A DNA stretch of 62,724 nt, filler included, from Rhabdomonas costata (taxonomy: Eukaryota), in assembly GCA_019059605.1 (NCBI GenBank). It is 25 parts of 25 records of this genome, joined end to end, with 100 filler letters (N's around TTAATTAATTAA, not from the genome) between each part and the next. Parts side by side here need not be neighbours in the genome. Positions count along the whole stretch, not along the records: positions 47,764 to 50,174 come from JAHMHO010003554.1; positions 50,275 to 52,685 come from JAHMHO010003555.1; positions 52,786 to 55,195 come from JAHMHO010003556.1; positions 55,296 to 57,705 come from JAHMHO010003557.1; positions 57,806 to 60,215 come from JAHMHO010003558.1; positions 60,316 to 62,724 come from JAHMHO010003559.1; 19 more parts are not named here. One strand, written 5' to 3'. Below, piece after piece: positions 47,845 through 60,490 of this stretch (position 1 is its first letter; each line of letters starts with the position of its first letter). The notes beneath the pieces were generated by a model that was not told where the DNA came from, ran no database searches, and was given only the letters and a program-made list of their open reading frames with translations. The position numbers were made by a program, and so were the translations under genes.

Positions 47845-49367
47845 CCGAAAAAGCCCTGGCCTTTCTGGGCGAATTTCTGCAGACCCGCACTGAGGATGTT
47901 CTCCACACTGTCCACCCGCGTGCCGTGGAAGGTCAGCACGGCGTTCGACCGCCGACTGCGCGTCACAAACAGCTCCTTCAGTGCACCCACCACACGAAAC
48001 ATCTCGGCGTCCGCGTTCACCGCTTGCTCGGCCTCGCTGACCTCCCGCGCCTCACTCGACCGACGGTTCTCCAGCGTCTGCAGCCGTGCCTGCAGCGTTG
48101 TAGAGCTGCGGTGGACGATTTCAATCCGGTGCACTTGGAATCCTGCCACCGGCTTTCCAACCAGCCCGCTGCGATAGGAGCCGCGGCTGGCCGTGAGGTC
48201 ATCTACCAGCCTCTTCACAAGCAAAGGGCACTCCGGAGAATTTATTAGAAAGCTGAGCCGGAGGCCTCCAACTCCAGTGCCACTCGAGGGAAAGCGGGCC
48301 GAGTTCCAGGAATATGGGGCCTGGGGGTCAAAAAGGCTGGTCTGTAGCTCAGCAACCTGGGCCTGAAGCCGGGCGACTTCGGCGTTAGAGGAGGAAAGCT
48401 CGCCCTGAATGTAGAGGAATTTTCGGCGCAGTTCCGCAACATTGGGCACTGAAGGCTCAGAGGCAGTAAGAGGATCACTTGATGTATCGGGCGGTGGTTC
48501 AAACACCTCGCAACTGGAAAGTATTCCAAAGAATGTAGTCCCGCCCAGCACAAGAATTCGGCTTCCTTGGGTTGCAGCACATGCACCGGAGCGCTTGCTG
48601 CACATCGCTGCTTTGAGGTCTGTGAAAATGTTGGTTCGGGGATCAAATACCTCATTGGTTGAAAGGAACGACAGTAAACCAGAACGACCACCAAGAAGAA
48701 AAATTCGGTCACCGTGGGACACGCCACATGCAAAACTTCGTTGGCTGCCCATCTGTGTGGGGAGCATCTTGAACGTCATCGTGGATGGATCAAAGACTTC
48801 GCAGCTGGAGTGGGATATGCCCTCTTCAGATCCCCCAAAAACAAAAATGCTGTGATCATGGGCGATGACACAGGCACCAGAACGCAGGCGGCACATCGCC
48901 GCCGAGAGCATCTCGAATGTGTTGGTTAACGGATCAAAGACTTCGCAGCTAGAATGGTAAGTGCAGCCCGTCCATCCACGATCACACCCGCCAAGCAACA
49001 TAATTTTGTTACTATAGGCGACCGCACAGGCGCCACTGCGCTTGATCAGCATTCTAGTGGGGAGCATCGAGAAACTGTTCGTAATCGGGTCAAAGACTTC
49101 ACAACTCGAGAGGGACGACTTGCCGTCAGACCCCCCAAATACGAAAATCTTGCCACCATAGGCGACGGCACAGGCACCAGTGCGCTTGCTGCACATCGCT
49201 TTGGGAAGCATCGTGAAACTGTTGGCCGACGGCTCATAAACTTCACAACTGGAGAGAATCTCGTTGCCATCTGTTCCCCCAAATACGTAAATTCGGTCTC
49301 CTTGGGAAGCAGCACATGCACCACTTCGTCCCTTGCGCAGCTCCAGGCCAGAAGAAGAAAAACTCAT
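47845..49367 (-). CDS. Kelch-repeat (6 blades) + coiled coil + PARP-like ADP-ribosyltransferase domain, long first exon
   Basis: Six R(S/T)GAC..I(F/L)(V/L)(F/L)GG..SSCEVFDP repeats; ELSSSNAEVARLQAQVAELQ; AVLTFHGTRVDSVENILSAGLQKFAQKGQGFFG then donor GTACTA. ATG at 49367 follows a pyrimidine tract + AG-G. Confidence 0.88.
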
Positions 49368-49799
49368 CCTCGTTGGAATAAATACAGCAGAAAAGGTGGG
49401 AAAACGCGGAGAAACTACATAAAGAGAAGTCAACGAAGCGACAAAAACAAAATGGTAACTCTATGGGTCAACTTCGGGAACCGAATGCAGTAAAATCCTT
49501 AACGCAGCAGAAAGCTCCTCCCACTAAAGCAATACAGGAATGGGGTGAATGGGTGAATGTGGTGACGAATATGAGGGGGGGGGGGTGTCGCCACAGCCTG
49601 TTTGATTGTTCGATTGTGTCCAGGAGGGCTGAGAAGCCAAAACTCTCACGTTACTTTCCTCGCTCGCCCACACGAGCGACCCCTCACGCCCTCTGGTGTG
49701 ACAGGATCCCTCCGGCGCAAAGGACTTGGGTAAGAAAGCCAAACTGCGACCCCGGGTGACGAAGCGAATATTAGTGGAACCGGAAATCCCCGTGGGGGG

Positions 49800-50080
49800 T
49801 TCCGCCACTGGCGCCACTGGTGGTAGCCGTTGTCCTCGAGGCCACCATCCGCTCCAGGTGAAGAAGGAGACAGTGGCGCTGGGTCCTCCGACAAGGCGGT
49901 ACGACCCCGAGGCGAAGCTCTGCTCCCACGCCTTTCGTGGAGGCGACGGCCAGTCGTTCCACGGCTTGCTGCACAAGCACTCGACCCTCCCATTAGACGA
50001 ATCGCTCACACAGGTGGCACCTGAGGTCGGCGATGTTAGCCATCATTTCGGGTGAGGCTCCCCCGAAGGTTGACAACCCG
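49800..50080 (+). mobile_element. Possible tyrosine-recombinase remnant (DIRS/TATE-like)
   Basis: YDPEAKLCSHAFRGG...DVSHHFG*GS resembles the HxxRxG and H/W boxes of YR retroelements. Degenerate. Confidence 0.3.
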
Positions 50081-50277
50081 AAAACCCTAAAACCGATGTT
50101 GGCCTGGCAGCAGGGCACGTCGTACTGACTGTACTTGGACATCATCGCTCTGGTCAACCGGTCTTGGGACCCAGNNNNNNNNNNNNNNNNNNNNNNNNNN
50201 NNNNNNNNNNNNNNNNNNTTAATTAATTAANNNNNNNNNNNNNNNNNNNNNNNNNNNNNNNNNNNNNNNNNNNNTGT

Positions 50278-50433
50278 GTGGGTGACGTGCGGCTGAGCAA
50301 CGCCAGCTTCGCGGCGGTGGGGGGTCTGGGCGCCGCGGAGCTGCTTTCGCAGGAGGTGCTGTTCCTGTTCTACATCGGGTTTGAGCTGTACATCCCTGGA
50401 GTGGAGTGGGGGCGGTACCGCGAGAAGCTTCTG
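50278..50433 (+). CDS. Hypothetical protein exon
   Basis: GC3-rich frame VGDVRLSNASF...YIGFELYIPGVEWGRYREKLL ending at donor CTG|GTATCA. Confidence 0.5.
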
Positions 50434-52785
50434 GTATCAACGGCGTTTCGATCCCTTGTTTTATTGCTTTGATTTTGGGACGGTGGTGGACAAGAAGTGG
50501 TATTTGGTTTCTGTCTCTTGGTAACGAGGCGCGATCGCGGCGTCACTTTTGTTAGGGGCAGGAGGCATTCTCCACTTGCCGCCACTCCGCATTGAGCTTG
50601 GGGGAGTCCCCTAATTTTGTGCATGCATGAGGAGCAATGGAACGAATCATCCCGGCAAAGCGATGCATTGGAAGACTCACAGGTTTGCCTTTCATTGGTT
50701 TGTTGGCACATTGGGATTCGACTCCCCGAGGGCTCTCCAATGTGGACAGGCTGGTCTCCTTTTCTTTTCGCTGTCTGCGTTGCATTCCCCAGAACTTTGC
50801 GTCGATCCCTCGGCTGTTCCCCGGGTCCATCCTCAGCGGCAGCTGTAAGCAATGCAAGCCCTCCGCGGGCGCCGTGGAGGTGCGGAGGCCGTGCAGCGTG
50901 ACCGCCGCCTCACAGATGCCGCGCAGAGTGGCCCCGTAATGAGCAGTGTGGGCGGGGGAGCTTTGTCACCAGAGTACTGCAATTGGGCGTGTGCTTGGGG
51001 TTTTGGCGTGAACGTGTTTGTGGTTGTTTCTCAGCTTTACCCGTGTGCTGCTGGCACGAACTGTCCTTCTGCGTTTCCTGTCTCTTTTTATTTCCTCGTC
51101 TTTTTGCTTTTGCTTTTTCGTTTAGTTGAATATCTTCTCTCTACTCGTTACCTTTTAGCCTCTCTTCAAATCTCCGGTGTCAGATTGAGTTTGAGCAGTT
51201 CCCCCCAACCACTTTGGGAAAGCTTTGAGAACACTCCCCTGTCCCTGTTGTTCCTTCGGAGCTCTGAACCGAAGGTTCAGTTCTGTCCCTGCAACTTGCT
51301 TGCCTTGTATTTGTGTGTATTTGTTTAGTCTGCACTCCTGCTCCCTTTGCCTTTGACTTTGCATCTACTGGTTTTGGGCTCTGCTTCCGGAGGCACAGTC
51401 CAGTAATGGGTTTTTGCATCATGGCACCTCTTTAGAAATTTCTGTGCGTGGTGTGGAGATACCTCGGTCGTGCTTCATGGAACATGCAACCGCGTGGTGG
51501 CTGCCTGAGTCCCTCCGTATATCCCCCACCCAACCACCCACCTTGTCCCAAGTCATTCTCATTCTCGTGGTTAGTCTGTGGTTCTTTGTGCTCCAGGCTT
51601 GGAGTTGCTTGGTGCTAGGAAGGCAATGTGGCGCACTGCCGTTTCTCCGTATTTGCCTCCGTCCTCCTCTGCCGTGAAGTGGTGGTCAGTTTTTCAGTTT
51701 CTTTGCTGTGAGGGTGTGGGTGACGCGAATCCCCACCACTTCCTCAGAGGGCCGTGTCTGTTCAGATCTGCATTCCCCAAACTGACTTCAACCCCAGACT
51801 CCTCCTCACACAAAGAAAAAACTGAAAAGAATAATCTCTCAGGGCAATAATATGTTGTCATATTGTTCATTGAGATGGCATATGGTGAATATGGTGAAAT
51901 CACATCATGCATCCTTCGTGAAATCCAGTGCAGATCGTTTTCATTGTGAATGTCAGACTCGGTCTTTCTCACTTTCCCTTTTCTTTCCTTCCTTCCTCAC
52001 ACTTTACTTTGTATTCTTGCAGAAAAGCCGTCCTCGTGCCCTCCCTTTTGTTGGTACACATCAGACACCTCTCCTGCGTTTCTTTCTTTGCTTCCCAGAT
52101 TTCCTCGTTCGCGCGATGTGCTTGCAGCGGGGTCCGGGGCTGTGCAGTGGCTCTGAGTGGTTGTGATGGGTGGTCGGGTCTCACAGGCCCCCTCTCGGTG
52201 ACCAACACCCCACCAAAGGGAAGGATGGTGATGTGTTGGGGGAACTCTCTCCTCATCCCCTGCTTACTGAGACTTGGTGTGCGGTTTTTCCCGCCCACCA
52301 CCATTTCACAGGGCCGGTGGGCCGTTCTTTTCAGTTTAACTCTCAGTCCCCTCTCTCCTCCGGCCTTCTTTCGGACACCGCCTTTTTACGTTAGCTCTGG
52401 ACCTGTGTTCACCACTGAACTTTCGTCTCATCTTTTGCTTTGACCATACCGACTTTCAGTGAAGCGAAGGGACGGATTCATTTTCTCATTTTCTCATTCT
52501 CTCACTCAATCAGCCTGTCAATCCAGCGAGTAATCAGTCAGTCACCTCACACTGGTTGCTGCTGGCCTCTTTCTCGTCATAATTGAATTGTGTTGTCACT
52601 GGGTGTTTGTGGCGAAAATTTGCTGAGAGGGTTCGAAGGATGGGATAATCACTGCAGGCTTTTTCCTGTGCTTTTTTTTCTGCAGNNNNNNNNNNNNNNN
52701 NNNNNNNNNNNNNNNNNNNNNNNNNNNNNTTAATTAATTAANNNNNNNNNNNNNNNNNNNNNNNNNNNNNNNNNNNNNNNNNNNN

Positions 52786-55195
52786 GGTTTGTGGTAAAAT
52801 GTACTCATCTGTAACAGTGATCGCATTCAACGGTCTTCAATCCACGCACATCCGCAACTTACCGTTGGATTTTGTAACGAAAAGCACCAATAAGGCAAGG
52901 TTGCTGGATCTATAAAACCAAGCTCCTGGAGACTCTTCAGTTGCTTCCGCAATTCCTCATCTTCCTCCGGGGACATTCTGGGCTGGTACATTACTGTCCG
53001 GCTTCAAATCAATCCTGTGGTCCGTTTTCCTCAAATGTGGTAACCATCAGGGAACTGACGCTGGAAAGATGTGCGCAAATTCTTGGTTTAACTTCTCGAT
53101 ATCTGAAGGTGTTGGTAACACCACAAAGTGGGCCACAAGTGCTGTGGTCCACCTCCTTAATTAACTTCTCAATTTTCTTCCGGGGGCGAATCTCGCAACT
53201 TCCTTTTTACCTTCCACTATGTCTCGCTGGTCATGCTTAGTCGAAATGTGGAAATAAAACCTTTGAAATCCTCTCTGAACCTCTGAAATCAACTCTGGAA
53301 GAGATTCCGCACCCTGTGAACGGTCACTGCCATGGTCGCTATTTCTGCAACCAAACGACAACCAGCAGTGCTGACGCACTGTGTCATTTGTGGTGTCGCT
53401 CCACTCCTCCCCTTCTACTCTTGAACCAGGAGTACTTGAGAGATATGTGCAAGCTCTGAAAATACTTCCTCCGGCTCAGCTTTAATCGTACCTGTGGTTG
53501 GGCATGTAATTCTGAAAGAATCCACTGCTGGAAGCGCCTGAATGTCGTAAATCCTTCCGCCTCTCCAAATCGTGACACAACTACGCTTCCAATCAATCTT
53601 TGGCTGTAGCCTCGTCAAAAGCGGATAGCCCAGTACCACTGGAATTGTCGTCTGAATCACTCTCAACTTTCCGACAATTCTCACAAAATGGGTCACTGGA
53701 GTCCTTCTCCGTTAGCTACTATCACGGTGAGCATTTGCTGCAAACGGAATCTCTGTACCATTTTTTGACTTATAAACGAATCTGAAGATTCAGAATCTAA
53801 CAGCGCTCTTACCTGCGTATTACCAAACAAAAACGGAATGAACATGAATGGTTGAGATGTGGAGGGTCTGAAAGATCGGAAAGTAACCCACCCACTCCAT
53901 TACGTTCCTCTGGAATTGCATGAAGAACAACAAAACTGGTGAACTTCATGCCACTCTCCGAATACCGCTGACAGTTGTCTCTGCACACTCCTCTGGCATC
54001 TCCTCTGAAAGTTCTTCAGCCACCACACACCACTCACACAACTCTGTTGAAATTCCTGACCCAACACCGTCAATTGGTGGTTTTCGACCTCACTGGAAAC
54101 ATCTGAAAGTGGATGGTGGCTCACAACCGCTAACTCAGCATTAGTTCATCATTCGCCGAACAACATTTCTCGCAATTCTTGTCTGCTGTGGACCTATTCC
54201 GGCTCTTTCTTATTACTCTGAGATTTCTGAACCAGTCCGAACCGCTCCGCTCTGCATCGGACTTCAGCACCATTAATGAGACCGCTCGTGCACTTTCTGG
54301 CTTATTGAAACTTGAAACTCTGTCCCCTTCGTCAAACCCATCTTCTCAACATGTTCCACGCTTGCCTCTAAAGTTGCACTCTGAATCACCTGTGCGGATG
54401 CCTCATGTGTCACTCTGCGTGGGCTGTGGCTTCGGGGCTGCTCTATCTGAGCAACTCTGGTTGATCTGAGCACAGGCGCTGGTGGTCTCTGCAAAATTCT
54501 TAGCGGGACTGTGCCGGGAGCTCTCTTAACAACGCTTGAGCTGTCTGGCGTCATGACTGTGGACGAAGTGGGCCTCTTAGGTTGGGCGTGAGCGGCCCTG
54601 CCTCATGCTCCCACTATTTTGACTGATCTACACTCTTCTGAAATTATCCAACTGACCCCTTGGGCACTTCTCTGAAACAACTCCTTGTTAGCCAATTCAC
54701 AATCCCTATAAAATTGGCTTGTACTTCCACAATACATACACACTTTTGAAGGGATCTGCTGCCTGCTACCTGTGAAAGTCGGTGCGTGGATACATATCCT
54801 CTCATTTGAAACGATGGAATTCTGTGTCTTCCGTTTCTAGGCGGTGAAGGTGATCTGTAACATCGGCCTCATCTTCCAGTGTATCATCTACCTCTGAAAT
54901 AAAACATTCCTCTGGAAAGAGTCACTTCATCTCTGGAGAATGCGTAATCGTCGCATTAAATTGTGGCTGTTGAAAACTGTGGCTGCTAAAGTTGGCTGTG
55001 TCACCATTTCGAACAAATTTGCAATTATCTGCACCGCAATTACGTTAACCATACCTCTGAAAACTGTGGAAGTGGCACCGCTGACATTTATCTCTGTAGA
55101 AGTTAGAAAGTCCGTACTCCACGATAAAGGGGTGTACCAATAACCTATGGCATCTAAATCAATTGCCGCACCACCCGCCGCGATTTCTCTCTAAA
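52786..55195 (-). mobile_element. Decayed Ty3/gypsy LTR retrotransposon (gag-protease-RT region)
   Basis: Minus strand QVRALLDSESSDSFIS (aspartic protease, about 53765-53815), VLGYPLLTRLQPKIDWK, and VLFVTKSNGKLRMCVD*RPLNAITVTDEYILP (RT start, about 52790-52890). Many stops. Confidence 0.9.
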
Positions 55196-55299
55196 NNNNN
55201 NNNNNNNNNNNNNNNNNNNNNNNNNNNNNNNNNNNNNNNTTAATTAATTAANNNNNNNNNNNNNNNNNNNNNNNNNNNNNNNNNNNNNNNNNNNNCGCG

Positions 55300-57705
55300 A
55301 TGCACTTCCTCAACGAAGCGTTGCTCCGCTTGTGGCTTCTGGGGCACAACGGAGGCAACCAGGAAGGGAGGCCAAGTGCCATGAAGCGACGGGTGTACCG
55401 GGAGCTTCCCGAGGTGCAGCAGTACGAGGAGCTACTTCTCACTATGGTCATTGAGGTGGTGTCCCGCAATGTGGCGGTGCTTCGGCAGCCGTATCTCTGC
55501 CTGGAAACGCAGCTGGACCCCCGACTTCGTCTGATTGTTCATGTGAGCGAGGAGCGTGTCCAGTCAGGCTTGGGAGGAGGAATTCTTCCGTCTCCACACG
55601 CCTTTGATGAGTACGCTGCGACGCTTCGTTCCAGAGGCGCAGCTGAGGACGAGCTGCTGAATGTCTTTTGGGAGGACCGCCGGGTCGAAGTTCTCCGTCA
55701 CCTGGCGCCTGCCTCGACTTTTCAACGTGCTCTCTACGAGGCCTTGGCCTTCCGGTTATCCCAAGAAGAGGCCCTCTCTCTGACGGTGGTTGAGGCCCTG
55801 GAGCTGGTCAGAGCTGCAGATGGGGAAGCTGCTGAAGAGCTCTGCAACCTATTCACAGAACTCAAGGCCTCGTGGAGCTTGCTTCGAGACATGGTCGAGC
55901 AGCTAGATCCCTGCCCGGGGCTTCGTCGAGCACAGGAGCAGGGCCAACATATTGACTACGCTCTGTCTATTCTGAGCATTGATGACAGCACCAAGGTTGT
56001 GGACGTCTTGCCTGTTCTTGAGCAAGACGGTCTCTCACGCGCTCTGGAAGAACTGCTCCGTATTCAGCTGGAGCGCCTGGTCTCCACCGCCCGAAGCCTG
56101 GTTGTGATGCCACCCCTTGCTGCCACGTGTCTTCTCGGTGAGGTCGCCCCCTGCCCCGCTGCGTTGAGTGCCCTGCATCCTAATCTCTCCACTACCAGTG
56201 CCATGATTTTGCGAGTGAAGGGTCTGTGGTCCAGGTTGTGCAACATGGGCCGGGCTGCGGCAGTGCTGGTACACGGGGATTCAGGCATCGTGCTTCGGGA
56301 GTTCAGGCTGGACCGTGTGCGGAGGCAGGCGTTGCTGTGGATGGCCGAGAAGGCCGACGTGACGCAACCGGAACTTGGGATGCTTCCTCTGCGCCAGTGC
56401 ACCCAGCCCGACACTCAGGCCAAATCGGCCTTCGTCCCATCACAGGAAGAGCCAGAGGTTAGCCAGTCCTCAATTGTGAAAGCTTTGGAGAGGTCACTTT
56501 CAGCAATGCACCAGAACCCGACGCTTGAACATCGGTACTGCCGCGAACTGACTGCAGCGGAGCGAGGAATAATCACGGGGTCACTCCACTTGAACCAAAG
56601 AGGTGACCTAATTTCTGCATGCAGTTACTTGCTGGACCTCACGAAGGCTCTGTTGAGGCCAGACCCGGAGTCTGGGCAGCCTTTAGGCTCAGTCATCGCG
56701 GAAGGATTAACTTTGGAGGCTGCTGCCAGTGAGCTTCTTCCTTGCGGCCTTCTTCAAAACACTGTGCTTCCTGGGATGCTTCACCAGCTACGACGGCTGC
56801 CAGTTGGGGTTCTTGAGGGACTGTTCCATCTAGTCCGAGATTCCTCTCGAAATCTGAAGAGCTCCCTGTTCCTCAACCTGCCAGAAGCCTTGCAGCGGCC
56901 CTTGCCAGCGGATGTACATGAAAAGTTGAGAGCGGCCTCAAGTCTTCCGGTGTTACTGCCGGACCACAAGGCTGCTCTGCTTGAAGGCCTGACCGCCCTT
57001 CTTAAGTTCCTCAACGAGGTCCTAGTGATCAATGTTGCCTTCGGACAGCCTAATCTTCCCCTCAACAAGACATTAGCGAAACCCCTTCAAGCAAGGCATG
57101 CGATCCTTCCGGAGGCCCTCGTAAAGCGTGTTCTTCTGGATGGTGTTTTGGGATGCCATTTGGTAGCTTTGTTGCAACACATTTTTGAGTGGATTGCCCA
57201 TTTAAATACCTGTCACGAAGATGTGGAGGGGATAGCTATGCAAGCGGAGGACTTGGATGTGGACACTTCGCCTCAGAAGAAAGAGCCGGTTGCAGCGGAG
57301 GTCTATGCAGAGTGGGTACCCTCCTGCATCGCCGAGCTGCAGATTGCGCTGCCTGGAACCGAGGCGATCGGCCGTCCGGCCAAGCTGTCGAAGGTGGCAG
57401 GACCTGCGGACCTCGCGGTGCCGTCTTCCTCTCAGGAAAAGGTGGTGCAGGACAGCGAGTGCCCACTACCACCGCCTTCGAAGAAGCCAACAGTGAGCTT
57501 TGACACAGAAACTTGTTTTCTCACACCCGACTCTGCTCCCATTCTTCTGCCCGCTGGAATCCCAGGTAGCGATCAGGTGCAGCCCCTGGTGCTTCTCCTC
57601 TCCAGCACGGTTGTCGAGCTTGCTCAGATGGCAGACCTGCGCACCCGGAAGCACGACCTGGACACTGTGCGGGGTGCTGTGGCCCGCGCGGTTGCCAACA
57701 CCCCC
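55300..57705 (+). CDS. Large uninterrupted exon (about 800 aa), helical protein, RNF213-like C-terminal region
   Basis: Frame is open across the whole contig. ELKASWSLLRD...SIDDSTKVVDVLPVLEQDGLSRALEELLRIQ recalls the RNF213 C-terminal WNxLR...LLP...G...AL..L motif. Coding is certain; the family is tentative. Confidence 0.6.
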
Positions 57706-57806
57706 NNNNNNNNNNNNNNNNNNNNNNNNNNNNNNNNNNNNNNNNNNNNTTAATTAATTAANNNNNNNNNNNNNNNNNNNNNNNNNNNNNNNNNNNNNNN
57801 NNNNNT

Positions 57807-58445
57807 GTGGGTTGTGGACAATTCTCTCCTTTATGCATCTCTTGCTACGAGGACATGTTACGAAGAAGAAGAAAGCTGATTCAAGAGGCGCGGTGGGGCA
57901 GTTCAACCTCTCTCCCCCGCATCCGGATCACATATTCACCCAATGTGTTAACCACTTCGCCCGCCGCTTTGAAAAGAGCCGCTGATGAACCTAGTGCAAT
58001 TTGCTGTGTGGAACGCCCTGCCCTGAATTCCGCACTGGCGGGTGACCACACAGCAATTTTTGAACTTGCAAATTTGGAGAATTCTCCACAGGCTTTGCGC
58101 AATGCTTTCTTTGAAGGAGCCACGGCTGATAATCCATCACTCAGGGTTGAAACCGCGGTCTCTTCTGAGTCCTGTGCGGTATCTCGGCTTGCTCCTTTGC
58201 TTCCTTGTTGCGTTCTCCGAGCGGAAAGCGCTGGTAGGGCAGATCTGCACCAAGGGTGTCTGAGTGATGTGATCAGCTTTACTCCTTTGGTGGGTTTTCT
58301 TGCGACCAAGCCGAATGATCCTGCTGTGAGATTTGGCTACTTGAGCAGTAGACTTGTGCATGCCTCACTCCGATTCCTTGGATGTCTTACGTCTGGTGAT
58401 CAGCTTGTGGATTCGCATTGCTTTGCCCACAGCACCCGTTTTTGA
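57807..58445 (+). CDS. Uncharacterised open frame (212 aa)
   Basis: Long open frame only; no motif recognised. Its 3' end overlaps the intron/acceptor of the next exon. Confidence 0.25.
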   Translation: MGCGQFSPLCISCYEDMLRRRRKLIQEARWGSSTSLPRIRITYSPNVLTTSPAALKRAADEPSAICCVERPALNSALAGDHTAIFELANLENSPQALRNAFFEGATADNPSLRVETAVSSESCAVSRLAPLLPCCVLRAESAGRADLHQGCLSDVISFTPLVGFLATKPNDPAVRFGYLSSRLVHASLRFLGCLTSGDQLVDSHCFAHSTRF

Positions 58446-59428
58446 GGTGGGCCCCCCACTGCAGCGGCGCAGGGGGGCCAGCCCGGAACCCACGGCCAGC
58501 CCTCCGCGCAGTGTGCTGAGCGAGGAGTTTGTAGACCCAGACGACCTGCTTTCCCCTTCCGGCGCCGAAGGGTACTGGGGGGTGGGGGGTGCAGGCCAGT
58601 TTGTTGGTTAGGTTTTTATGGCTGGTTGTAGGTTGCCACTGCGTTGTATCGGTTGATGTGGAATCTTCACTTTTCGGTTACCCTCTCCCCTGCAGGTCAG
58701 GTTGGTGCAAATTTTGTGTTGTGATATGCAATGGCGAGAGAGAGAGAGGGGGAGGGGGAGTAGGGAGAGATGGGCGAGTCACCTCAAAACCTGACCACCA
58801 TCCACCACAAAAAGTTCGGGCCCCCCAGGCCCCTCGCTCCATTGTGCCCAGTCCCCTTGCTTCTGGCTATCCCCTTTGCTTTCCTTTGCTCCCGGTCTCC
58901 ATGTTGACTTCTTCAGTCTTCAGTAGGCCAGTCCCCTTGCCATTTTTTCATGCATTGATCTGTGCAGAGTGCATTTCCCTTCCAATCTCCACTGTTCTTC
59001 GGTGCCGTGCTGGGCATTGTTCGCTGAACACAGACAATTGTCGCACTTGTGACTGAGGAGCGTTCACGCATCGAAGTTCCAACAAACAATTGTATGTATA
59101 CTGAGGCGTGTGTGGAGGGGGGGGGGGCATAGTATTATGGGGATCTCCGTGCGAGCTCCCAGCCTTGTATGAACGGGCATGTTTTATTTTTGTCCCATCT
59201 ACATTTTTCAGCTACGACGGTGGGGTGCTGTCTCTGAACACCCTGAAGACCCCGCTCAGCCAACGGAGTGTCGGCTCCTCTGGAGGGGAGGGTGGAAGAG
59301 GGCCCATGGGCGGCTCGCAGGTCTCTGGTGGAGGGCGTCACCGGGACCTCCACGCGGGGTTCCTACACAGCCCCAGGCACCCCTCGGGGGCCACCACGCT
59401 GGAGCTCCGCGCCCGCCGAGGTGTGTGA
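58433..59428 (+). CDS. Low-complexity Ser/Pro/Gly-rich protein exons
   Basis: Exons 58433-58571 and 59212 to about 59428 join in phase 2 across GT-AG (LLSPSGAEG|YDGGVLSLNTLKTPLSQ). Confidence 0.5.
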
Positions 59429-60490
59429 AGTGGGTAAGTGTTAGTGAACTTTCTCAGCGCTCATCTCAAGTTCCGCGACTCTGGTCAGACATCAGGCGAC
59501 CGATGTCCCCAATCTCGTCACGGGCACTGGGTCCCTATGTTTCACAGGGGAAGTCCTGGTTGGGGGCCGTCTTCACCATCTCGTCGTAAATATAGAATTG
59601 AGCCGATTTCGGTGCTGGGCAGTCCTCATATCAACAGTTACCCTTTGCATGCAACTCAACGTTTGTGCTCCTTCCGTGGTTTTTGTGTGTTTTTCAATGG
59701 TCCCAAGGCCAGAAAGGTGCCAAGACCAAAGAAAGAAAGAAAGAAAGAAAAACCCGCTACGAAAACCGGAAGGCCTTGTGCGCGTCTGGGTGTTTTTGAT
59801 CACTCTTTGCCAAAGTGTGCGTGTGTCTGTATGTGAGAAGCAGGGTGTTCGCAGAAGAGCAGTGGAGGCGGGCGAGAGATGATAATACCTTATATAGCTG
59901 CCGAGAAAGCTCCTAATAAGGGGGACGTGTGGGTTCGGGCGATGATGACGCAATGACTTCCTGGAGCGGTAGAAAGTGGTTGCGTGTAGAAAGAGAAGGT
60001 TCTGCGCGTCCTTCCACTCGCATATAGGATGAGCAATGCCTCTGGTTTCACCATAAGCGCTTCGCTTCCACTTCTGTTGCATGTCTCGGCTGCGCTCTCC
60101 CATTGCAGCTACCCGGAGCTCCCAGAATGCCATCAGCAGAACAGCGTTCTGGAAGGATTCTCACCCCCTGGAGGGCACTGTCGGAGGTTGGCCTGTGTGA
60201 AGACCACCACCAAAANNNNNNNNNNNNNNNNNNNNNNNNNNNNNNNNNNNNNNNNNNNNTTAATTAATTAANNNNNNNNNNNNNNNNNNNNNNNNNNNNN
60301 NNNNNNNNNNNNNNNGTTTTGGAACAGTGACTGCAGCATCATTAGACCCCTGAAGCATCGAAGAAAAAGAATAGAAGAAAGCACGCATCATTACAGCCCT
60401 AACTTTCAGGTTGTCTTCGCGAAAGGCAACCTGAAAGTTAGGGCTGTAATGATGCGTGCTTTCTTCTATTCTTTTTCTTCGATGCTTCAG

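Noticed and set aside
60456-60490. Predicted N-terminus MLSSILFLRCFR of the 377-aa ORF
   Set aside because: This is the intron pyrimidine tract; the exon starts after CAG at 60490.
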